From: an uncultured Clostridia bacterium
GTDB taxonomy: Bacteria; Bacillota; Clostridia; Oscillospirales; Acutalibacteraceae
DNA: 63,326 nucleotides
Assembly: GCA_947171615.1 (NCBI GenBank)
Contig: CAMVYG010000001.1
Location: 1-63,326, forward strand
Direction of reading: 5' to 3'
The translations under genes were made by a program, and so were the position numbers. Under the pieces are notes generated by a model. That model worked only from the letters and a program-made list of their open reading frames with translations, searched no databases and was not told the origin of the DNA. The number at the start of each line of letters is the position of its first letter. Position 1 is the stretch's first letter. Below are positions 1-7,811 of this stretch, piece after piece.

Positions 1-183
1 TCTAAATTGAGTTCCGGTTTTTCTATCTACATATTGTGGCCAATATGTTTCTGTAGTTGTAATAGTATTATTGTCTTTTTTGATATGGACTTTCCTGTCT
101 TTGCCAAACCCACTATGCTTTTCACAGTTTACTGGCATAAGCAATATTTCATATACCTGCTTACTTTTTGTATCATCTATCAC
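1..183 (-). CDS. 5' part of an AT-rich hypothetical protein, truncated by the window edge
   Basis: Manual translation from GTG at 183: MIDDTKSKQVYEILLMPVNCEKHSGFGKDRKVHIKKDNNTITTTETYWPQYVDRKTGTQFR..., open to position 1; GAGG about 10 nt upstream. No family recognised. Confidence 0.45.
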   Translation of the reverse strand, partial: MIDDTKSKQVYEILLMPVNCEKHSGFGKDRKVHIKKDNNTITTTETYWPQYVDRKTGTQFR

Positions 184-352
184 TAATTATCAACCTCGTT
201 TTGAATTATGCTTTTTCTTATTTTTATAAGGCCCCTTCTCATCTTTCACCACATTCTTGCATCTTTGCTTTTCTCTCTGAACAAAATTAAATGTGCTAAT
301 TGGCATAATGGTAGGGTGAGAATTGCTCATCTAAAATATTTATCTTTTTTTA

Positions 353-1522
353 TCAACATCTGCTTTTGCGAGAAAGCTGTACCACGCATTCAATATGCTG
401 GGTATGGGGGAACATATCCACGGGCTGGATTTTTTGGACTTTGTAGTGGTTTGCCTGCAAAAAGCGGAGATCCCGGGCGAGGGTTTCGGGATTGCAGGAG
501 ATATAAACCGCCTTATTTGGGGCCAGGGAGCAGAGCGCTTCTAAAAACTCTTTGCTGGCGCCTGCCCGGGGCGGGTCCAGAAACACGTTATCAAATTTTT
601 GGCCCTCAAGGGCGGCAGCTGCCATAAATTCCCCTGCGTCTGCGCAGGTGAAGTAAATATTTTTCACCTGATTTTCCCTGGCGTTTGTGATGGCGTCCCT
701 TACGGCGTCCCGGTTCACTTCCACTCCCAGCACATTTCCCGCGCCGCTTTTCGCCGCTACAAGCCCGATGGTGCCGATCCCGCAGTAAGCGTCCAGCACC
801 CGTTCCTTCCCGGTCAGCGCCGCATATTCCATGGCTTTCCCGTAAAGGAGCTCTGTCTGCACCGGATTGATCTGGTAAAAGGACTTGGGCGAAATGCGGA
901 ATTTACAGCCGCAGAGCAGATCGGTAATATACCCCGGGCCGTACAGCGTTTTTTCCCGCTGGCCCAGCACCATGGAGGTGCGGGTATCGTTCACATTCTG
1001 AACGATGGTGGTGATCTCCGGGTGAAGCTTCAAAAGCTCCTCCATAAAGTGTTTTTTTGCCGTGAACACCGGGGTGCCTGTTACCAGCACCACCATGATC
1101 TCCCCTGTCTGAAAGCCCCGCTTTACCAGCACATGGCGCAAAAACCCCCGGCCTGTGTCTTCCTCATAGGGGCGAAGCTTGAAGGCCTTTAAAAGCTTTC
1201 TGATGGAAACGATGATCTCATCGGCCTTTTGATCCTCTGTGAGACAGGAATCCACCGGCACCACCCAATGGGTACCGGACTGATACACCCCGGAGATGAT
1301 CTTTCCGCCCCGCCTGTCCCAGGCAAAGGCGGCCTGCACCTTGTTGCGGTAATGATAGGGATGCTCCATGCCCAGGATGGGTTCTATTTTTCCAAAGTGA
1401 CCCAACAGCTTCCGGCAGCGGTCCTGCTTCCACTGAAGCTGCCGCTCATAGTTCAGGTTTTGCAGCTGGCACCCGCCGCATTTCCGGTAAACCGGACACT
1501 GGCTTTCTGTTTTTACTTCCAT
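353..1522 (-). CDS. rlmD: 23S rRNA (uracil-C5)-methyltransferase RlmD/RumA family (no N-terminal TRAM domain)
   Basis: CPVYRKCGGCQLQ Fe-S motif, YRNK, SFYQIN, LDAYCGIGTIG SAM motif, DPPRAG, YISCNPETLARD, VDMFPHTQHIECV. Start moved from 1582 to ATG 1522 (GGAGG at 1531-1535). Confidence 0.95.
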   Translation of the reverse strand: MEVKTESQCPVYRKCGGCQLQNLNYERQLQWKQDRCRKLLGHFGKIEPILGMEHPYHYRNKVQAAFAWDRRGGKIISGVYQSGTHWVVPVDSCLTEDQKADEIIVSIRKLLKAFKLRPYEEDTGRGFLRHVLVKRGFQTGEIMVVLVTGTPVFTAKKHFMEELLKLHPEITTIVQNVNDTRTSMVLGQREKTLYGPGYITDLLCGCKFRISPKSFYQINPVQTELLYGKAMEYAALTGKERVLDAYCGIGTIGLVAAKSGAGNVLGVEVNRDAVRDAITNARENQVKNIYFTCADAGEFMAAAALEGQKFDNVFLDPPRAGASKEFLEALCSLAPNKAVYISCNPETLARDLRFLQANHYKVQKIQPVDMFPHTQHIECVVQLSRKSRC

Positions 1523-1584
1523 GGAATGCGCCTCCCGCGCTGGATTATTTTTTTGTAATTGGATGAACAGTTTAGCAATCATTA

Positions 1585-1884
1585 CTTACTGTCATTCTAA
1601 ACCTTAAGTGAAGAATCTTGGTTTGCAGAGACTGATAGATAAAAGGCCTTTTTAGCCGCTGACTGTGATATATTCGAGATTCTTCGCTTCGCTCAGAATG
1701 ACAGTGTGGAATAGTTTTTAGCTCTTACTGTCATTACTGAACAAAAAACAAAGTGAACTTTGTTTTCTTGGAAGAATCTCAATTTGCAGAGACTGACGGG
1801 CAAAAGGGCTTTATTAGCTGTTGGCCAGGATATAACCGAGATCCTTCATAAAGATGCGAAGCATCTTTTGCTCAGTGATAACAG
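1585..1884. repeat. Two tandem units (1585-1704, 1724-1884) of a REP/BIME-like palindromic repeat
   Basis: Each unit reads CTTACTGTCATT..GAAGAATCT, a conserved spacer (TTTGCAGAGACTGA..AAAAGG..TTAG..GATATA), then GAGAT(T/C)CTTC..CAG..GA(TA)ACAG/GACAG; the two halves are inverted copies of each other. Confidence 0.9.
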
Positions 1885-1967
1885 GGGAGTAGTCAGAAAT
1901 GTGTAAAACATTTTTGATTTGTCAAAACTCAGTGACTCATACCCTTGGAATAATATCAAAACGCTAT

Positions 1968-2269
1968 TCAGGACAATTTCTCAAATAAATTCAATTTTTC
2001 TGCCAAGTCCATCCACTCTGGATTATCCTTTTCTATAAGTGCCGTCTTTTTTGCCCTTGTCCACCCTTTAATTTCCTTTTCTCTTGCAATAGCGCGGATT
2101 GAATTTCCAAGCTGCTATCAAAATATACCAGCTTATGGACTTTATACTTTTTTGTAAACCCTTCTACCAGAGCATTTTTATGTTCATAAATTCGTCTTTC
2201 CAGGTTGTTCGTAACTCCGGTATATAACACTGTGTTATTTCTATTTGTGAGTATATAGACAAAATACAT
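1968..2269 (-). pseudogene. Small stand-alone GIY-YIG nuclease (UPF0213/YhbQ-like), frameshifted
   Basis: MYFVYILTNRNNTVLYTGVTNNLERRIYEHK is the family N-terminus. The expected C-terminus AIAREKEIKGWTRAKKTALIEKDNPEWMDLAEKLNLFEKLS* continues in another frame after about 2093 to TGA at 1968-1970. The span is 302 nt (300+2). Confidence 0.88.
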
Positions 2270-2301
2270 CCTGTTTCACCTTTTCGATAGGTTCTCTAAT
2301 C

Positions 2302-2659
2302 CTTGGCTGAGATATGGCCGAGATTCTTCACTTTCGGTTCAGGATGACAGCAAGAAGTTGTTTTCAGCTCTTATTGTCATTCTGAGCGAAGCGAAGAATC
2401 TCGGTTTGTAGAAACCAATGGGCAAAAGGGCTTTTTAGTTGTTAGTTGAGATATAGGCGAGATCCTTCGGCGTTGTACGCCTCAGGATGACAGGGGGAAG
2501 TTGTTTTTAGCTCTTACTGTCATTACTGAACAGAAAACAAAGTGAACTTTGTTTTCTTGGAAGAATCTCGATTTGCAGAGGCTGACGGTCAAAAGGGCTT
2601 TTTAGTTGCTAGTTGAGATATAGGCGAGATCCTTCGGCGTTACACGCATCAGGATGACG
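2302..2659. repeat. Half unit plus two full units (2302-2350, 2370-2493, 2513-2659) of the same REP/BIME-like repeat
   Basis: TGTCATTCTGAGCGAAGCGAAGAATCTC (2375-2402) is the exact reverse complement of 1676-1703. Unit 2513-2659 closely matches 1724-1884 over its first half. Confidence 0.9.
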
Positions 2660-2754
2660 TGAGGAGTGGTTGTTGATTAGGATAGCCGCTGGCTGGGATA
2701 GTCTCAAGATGATAATTATTGCTATTGTATGTTTTTTTCCAGTATACCAAACTT

Positions 2755-2805
2755 CCGAATAAAAGGAAAGACCCATGCTTTCGCATGGGTCTTCCTTTTA
2801 TTCGG
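2755..2805 (-). terminator. Intrinsic terminator ending the giant-protein cluster (probably bidirectional)
   Basis: CCGAATAAAAGGA-AAGACCCATGC-TTTC-GCATGGGTCTT-CCTTTTATTCGG inverted repeat about 40 nt after the P5 stop, with A/T tracts on both sides. Confidence 0.85.
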
Positions 2806-2846
2806 GGTTAGCCGAATTTTTCAGCCTTGCGGCTGTTTATTACTGA

Positions 2847-5800
2847 TTACTCAGCTGCCTCAGGCATGGTGATCTCGGTACCATAGAAGGTAGCGGGAAC
2901 ACTCAGAGAAGCGAACATCAGGTCGGCATAAGACCAGGTCACGGTATCGCCTACGATATCGGTGAAGGGGTTCTTAATGTCGGTGCTGTTCTTAATGGTC
3001 AGCTTCTCCTCAGCGGTGAGGCCCAGATAATGGTTGGTCATGGTAGCAGATTCCATACGCTTGATGTTAGCGCCAGCGCGGAAGGTGCCATCATTGTAAC
3101 CGTTGATGGTGCCGTTGTTGCACAGAGCAGCAACGTAATCCTTAGCCCAGCTGGAAACCTTATCAAAGTCGGAAATCTTATCGGTAGTGCCGCCCTTCTC
3201 AACCTTCACGCCAAAGGCCTTGGCGATCATGATGGAAGCCTCTTCACGGGTGATCTTGGCATTGGGACGAACCTTGCCGTCGCCGTCGCCTACGGTGATG
3301 CCGGCCTCCTCAGCGCAAGCAATGTAGGAAGTATACCAGGCATTGCCTACGTCGGTGAAGCTGGGCTTACCATAATCCTTTGTGGGATCATAGACGCCGG
3401 AAGCAACAACCAGCATCTTCAGCAGCTCTGCACGGGTGACGTTAGCGGAAGGACGAACCTTGCCGTCGCCATCGCCAACCATGTAGCCGCGGAATGCAGC
3501 GATCAGGGTGGTGCCGTCGTCGGGCTTATAGGTCTTGATATCGACGATCTTCTCTACAGAACCGTCTACAGACCAGCCTACGAACTCAGCGCCCTTCACC
3601 ACATTGGTGACCTTGGGCAGAGCAACGATCAGGCCATCAGCGTCAACTTCGCCCTCTTCGAACTCAGCCTTGCCGTAACCCATGGTATCGAAGCTGATGC
3701 CGGAGGTAACGGGCTGGCCCTTACGGTTAATGGGAGCGGTAACCTTTACGGTCTTGCCGGTGACATCGTTAAAGTTCTTACCCAGGGCAGTAGCGCCATC
3801 AGCAGAAGCGGCGAAGGTCAAATCGATCTTAAGATCCTGACCAGCCAGGCTGCTGAAGTCCCAAGCTTCCTCACCGCCTGCTACGGGCTCAACAGGAGTC
3901 AGTGCGGGAATGGTCAGGGTCTTTTCGTCGGGATCTTCACCAACAACAAACTTCACTTCGGCGGTAACTTCGCCAACTACCTTAACACCAACTACGGTAT
4001 CGCCTTCGTCGTTCAGAATGAACTCCAGACCAGCGGGGGCGGTAGTGCTGGTGTCAACTGCAGCGCCTTCCAGCTTAACGCCGGCAGGCAGTGTCCAGGT
4101 GCTGCCCTTTACTACTTCGCCCTCAACGGTCACATCCTCAGTGCCGTCAAAGGTGTTGTCAGAGGGCTCCTTGCTTTCGCCGCTGGCAGTGTAGATGGGT
4201 TCACCCAGATCCTTCAGAGCGGCCTCGATATCGGCATCGCTGAAGTAGGTTCCTACAGTACCCTGAGCATCGCCGAAGCCTTCAACCATAACGGGAGCAT
4301 TCTTGATAGCAGCGATCACAGCGTCCTTATCGGCGTTATCGGGAATTCTGCCAGCAGGAACATCAGCAGTGATGGTATTAGCATCAGCCTTCTCGATGTT
4401 ACCGGACAGAGTTGCGGGGAACTTGTAGTTCTCGCCATTGATCTCTTTCTCAGTACCCAGAGCGCTGGCGGGAGTAACCTTGATCTCAATGCCGTCTCCT
4501 GCGTCAGCGGTAGCATACTCGATGCCGGTGATACCGAAGTCTGCCAGGGTCACGTTGGGAGTAGTGATCTGGCCCTTGAACTCGGTAGTGCCGTCGTAGG
4601 TCTTGTTCAGGTTATCGAAGCTCACGGTGGTTACGCCCTTGCCAATGGTCAGGGCTACAGTGACGCTTACCACATCGGTGGTAGCGGGCAGAGTGAACTC
4701 GAAGGTAGCGTCGCTGCCGTCAGCACCGTTGTTTGTGATGCTGATGCCGGTAGCAGAAGCGCCGGTAACCTTTACGTCGCTCAGAATGCCGCCGTCCAGA
4801 GAAGCAGCAGTAACTGTACCAGTTACCTTACCGCCCAGGTTGGAAACGGTGGTTCCGGTTACATTGTCACCAGAATAGGTGGCAGTGCCGCCGGTGGTAT
4901 TCAGGGTGTACTTCGCTTCGCTTACTTCACCCTTAACACCGGTCACCTTACCGCCGGCGAAGGTGTAAGCAGATGCCTGAGCACCAGACAGGGTGGTCTT
5001 CAGGGTAACCTCAACATCATTGACAGTACCCTGAGTGGCAGAGCTCTTATACGTAGCGTCATAGGCCACGGTAACCTTGTCGGTGCCGACCAGGCCTTCA
5101 GAAGTAGTGAAGGTATAAGTGCCGCTTACCGTCAAATTGGTAGCGCCCTGCTTAATGCCAGGAACATTTGTGATCTTGGCAGCTGCAGGCAGAGTCAGAG
5201 CCTTCGCGGCCAGGTTAGCAGTGGTCTCAACCTCTTTGGTACCAACTGCGTTACCGGTGGAATCGGAAACAGCACACTTGATCTTCTTGCCAACTTCGCT
5301 GGCAGCAGGAGTGTACTTATTGCCGTTAGCGGTACCCTTTGCAGCAGCGCCGCCTACCGTCCATGTGTACTTGGCAGTGGTGGCATTGCCGCCGCTGTAA
5401 GTAGCGGTGATGGTCTCGCCGTATACCGGGCTCATCTTATCCAGCGTTACAGTACCAGTAAGAGCAGGCTTCACCGTAAAGGTCTCGGTGGTGCTGATCT
5501 CAGCGGTGGGATCGCCGGAGGTAGAGGTATGAGTGGCCGCAGCGGCCTTAATGGTATAGTTCTTAGCAGAATCCAGAGCAGAACCCTTAATGGTCAGTTC
5601 AACCTCGGTATCGCTCTTGCGGGTAACAGCGGTCACAGCGCCGGCTACCGGGCTGGAACCATCCATAACGGAGAAGTCAGCCGCAGCAGGGGCGGTAGCC
5701 CACTTACCGTTCTTCAGCGTTACCGTGATCTTAGCGGTATCCACGGGATTCAGCTTCTGGTTGGCAGCGATGCTGATCTTGGGATCGTTGGAAACGATCT

Positions 5801-6689
5801 CAAAATAAACGCGATCGCCAAAATCGATGTTGTCGGTAGAAGCGCCGTCATTTGCGGTACCCCTGGAATCGCCCATGTTATCCAGGTCTCTACCGTTCTG
5901 GTTATAAGCAATTGCCGTAACCTGACCGGCGTTGCTGTTTGTTTTTTCAGGCGCGATCTCAATATAGTACTTACCGGCCGCGCCAGAGGCTGTTGCCTCG
6001 ATCAGAACTTCCCAGGCGCCCTCAACGGGAATGTAACCGGAGCCGCCGCTGAACTGGTTGGTCCACCGGTCAGTTGCGTTGCCATCCTTATCCTTTTCGT
6101 TCAGGTAGGCAGCCGTAACCATGGTAAATCCCGTAGCGCCGGGCAGATACTTTCCTACTTTCGGATCTGTAAACACGTAAGCATTACATGCTTTTCCGTA
6201 AGCAGCAGGATGGCCGACCGACTTGGTGTTGACGGTGATCGCATCCTTAGGAGCCTGCAAAACAGGCGTTGTTCCCATTGTGAAGCCGCCATTTTCATTG
6301 TTGGGGGCATACACGTTCATATCGATTGCGATATAGAACTTGGAACCCTTGCCGATCTGATAAGGGCTTGCTTCCGTACCTGCGCCCTCCCATTTGGGAG
6401 CTGCAATTACCGTATCAAGCTCAGCAAAAGCCGCCTTAAAATCCGCTTCCGTGGCTTCGCCGTTCTCATCGCCAGCAACCACGCCATCTCCATGCTGTTT
6501 CATCAGATTGTCTTCTCGTGCACTAGGCCGGGAAAAGACAGCTGCATCCTTTGTATTCGGAACATCAACTATCTTCACGCCTATTGAAGCAACTTTTCCT
6601 GTGGTCGCTGCACTCGCGCTCAACGGCAAAGCCGCTACTACGAGCAGAACGGCCAGAGCAATTGATAGTGCTCTTTTCATCGTCTTCAT
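2847..6689 (-). CDS. P5: secreted SLH-anchored surface protein; putative cohesin-like head B, Ig/YDG-like stalk, InlB-B-like repeat, 3 SLH domains (1280 aa)
   Basis: Signal peptide MKTMKRALSIALAVLLVVAALPLSASA; GGAGG at 6695-6699; SLH motifs VGDGDGKVRPSANVTRAE, FTDVGNAWY, RPNAKITREE, SSWAKDYV, INGYNDGTFRAGANIKRME; KTYDGTT YDG-like motif. Cohesin assignment of the head is tentative. Confidence 0.9.
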   Translation of the reverse strand: MKTMKRALSIALAVLLVVAALPLSASAATTGKVASIGVKIVDVPNTKDAAVFSRPSAREDNLMKQHGDGVVAGDENGEATEADFKAAFAELDTVIAAPKWEGAGTEASPYQIGKGSKFYIAIDMNVYAPNNENGGFTMGTTPVLQAPKDAITVNTKSVGHPAAYGKACNAYVFTDPKVGKYLPGATGFTMVTAAYLNEKDKDGNATDRWTNQFSGGSGYIPVEGAWEVLIEATASGAAGKYYIEIAPEKTNSNAGQVTAIAYNQNGRDLDNMGDSRGTANDGASTDNIDFGDRVYFEIVSNDPKISIAANQKLNPVDTAKITVTLKNGKWATAPAAADFSVMDGSSPVAGAVTAVTRKSDTEVELTIKGSALDSAKNYTIKAAAATHTSTSGDPTAEISTTETFTVKPALTGTVTLDKMSPVYGETITATYSGGNATTAKYTWTVGGAAAKGTANGNKYTPAASEVGKKIKCAVSDSTGNAVGTKEVETTANLAAKALTLPAAAKITNVPGIKQGATNLTVSGTYTFTTSEGLVGTDKVTVAYDATYKSSATQGTVNDVEVTLKTTLSGAQASAYTFAGGKVTGVKGEVSEAKYTLNTTGGTATYSGDNVTGTTVSNLGGKVTGTVTAASLDGGILSDVKVTGASATGISITNNGADGSDATFEFTLPATTDVVSVTVALTIGKGVTTVSFDNLNKTYDGTTEFKGQITTPNVTLADFGITGIEYATADAGDGIEIKVTPASALGTEKEINGENYKFPATLSGNIEKADANTITADVPAGRIPDNADKDAVIAAIKNAPVMVEGFGDAQGTVGTYFSDADIEAALKDLGEPIYTASGESKEPSDNTFDGTEDVTVEGEVVKGSTWTLPAGVKLEGAAVDTSTTAPAGLEFILNDEGDTVVGVKVVGEVTAEVKFVVGEDPDEKTLTIPALTPVEPVAGGEEAWDFSSLAGQDLKIDLTFAASADGATALGKNFNDVTGKTVKVTAPINRKGQPVTSGISFDTMGYGKAEFEEGEVDADGLIVALPKVTNVVKGAEFVGWSVDGSVEKIVDIKTYKPDDGTTLIAAFRGYMVGDGDGKVRPSANVTRAELLKMLVVASGVYDPTKDYGKPSFTDVGNAWYTSYIACAEEAGITVGDGDGKVRPNAKITREEASIMIAKAFGVKVEKGGTTDKISDFDKVSSWAKDYVAALCNNGTINGYNDGTFRAGANIKRMESATMTNHYLGLTAEEKLTIKNSTDIKNPFTDIVGDTVTWSYADLMFASLSVPATFYGTEITMPEAAE

Positions 6690-6800
6690 AGTTTCCTCCA
6701 GTTTGTTTATATTTTTAGCCTTTTGAGACGAATCTCCCTAAGATTTTTCCTCCTCCTTCTTCTATCGGTTTCACTGTCAAATAGAACTAAGTAGTTTATT

Positions 6801-6880
6801 TCACAACTTTCTCCCAATGCTGCCGTTTTGAACAAGCAATTTTGCTGCTCAAAACGACAGTGGGGAAAGTGGAAAATCGT
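6801..6880 (-). promoter_or_regulatory. Conserved intergenic stem-loop, copy 1 (P4/P5 junction)
   Basis: ACTTTCTCCCA..CTGCCGTTTTGA-loop-TCAAAACGACAG..TGGGGAAAGT; homologous to 13163-13243. Confidence 0.7.
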
Positions 6881-6881
6881 A

Positions 6882-6942
6882 TGATTTTTCTTGCCGACTC
6901 CATCAGCGCTGTCTTCTCAAAGATGACAGCAGGAGAAAATCA
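6882..6942 (-). promoter_or_regulatory. Second hairpin immediately downstream of the P4 stop
   Basis: GCTGTCTTCT-CAA-AGATGACAGC inner stem, with outer TGATTTTTCTTGC / GCAGGAGAAAATCA pairing. Confidence 0.5.
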
Positions 6943-6966
6943 AATCTGTAAATGAAGCTTTACAAA

Positions 6967-7811
6967 TTAGAACCGCATCGGGGGAAGATCATAGGTTCTG
7001 TTTACGTAGGCGGTAATAAAGCCCGCGTCAACACCGTTGGAGTTGGTATCCAGGTCGATATCCATTGCTACGCGATACAGAGACGGTATAGCCGCTCCTG
7101 TCTCATCACGGAACGCATTAAACGTTCTGTTTACGTAAGCTGTAATAAAGCCCGCGTCAACACCGTTGATGTTGCTGTCCAGATCCACATCGCCTGTACG
7201 GTAACCAAGCTTTACATTTCTCGTGGCCACATACACGGAGGTTCCTACCTTCACCTTGTACTCGATCTGGTAGTATTCCGTGCCTCTTACTACAGAGCTG
7301 GTCGCAGCCGATGAGTCATAGTAGTTCGTCAGAGAATCTCCCGTATTGGGCTGAATATGGCCGTCTACCAACGCTGCGCGCTGGGTTCCGTAGCCATCGT
7401 CTCCCAATACCTTTTCGGTAATGGTGATCTCCACGTTTTCATTATTTGTCAGCACATCCGCAATAGGCGTACCGGAAACGCTTTCGATCAGCTTGCTGTA
7501 GTCTGCCTCGGTTCCTTCTGTGCCATCTTCCAGCAGATAGGGATTCGTATATTTCTCAACATACTCCTTTTTCCCTTCCTGCTCCAGCAGCGTTTCTTCA
7601 TTCTTGTTGCCTTCTATCTTGTAATAGAATACCAACTCATTTCTGAAGGACGCCGCATCTCTCTGGGCATCTTCGCCCAGCTCGGCATTCTCGGCATTCA
7701 GGTTGTCCAGATACTTCTGCGCCGCTGTCTTGGCGTTATCCGCCGCTTCGCTGTCCGGCTTCAAACTCTTCCATACATCGCTGTTGCCCTCTGTCAGCTG
7801 CAGGGGGTTCT
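6967..7811. repeat. Direct repeat copy 1 (3' end of P4)
   Basis: Aligns to 13253-14088 with one 9-bp indel; 7147-7432 appears identical to 13433-13718. Confidence 0.95.

Noticed and set aside
1585-2659. Possible CRISPR array
   Set aside because: Units are 120-160 bp and degenerate, the spacers are conserved rather than unique, and there are no cas genes.
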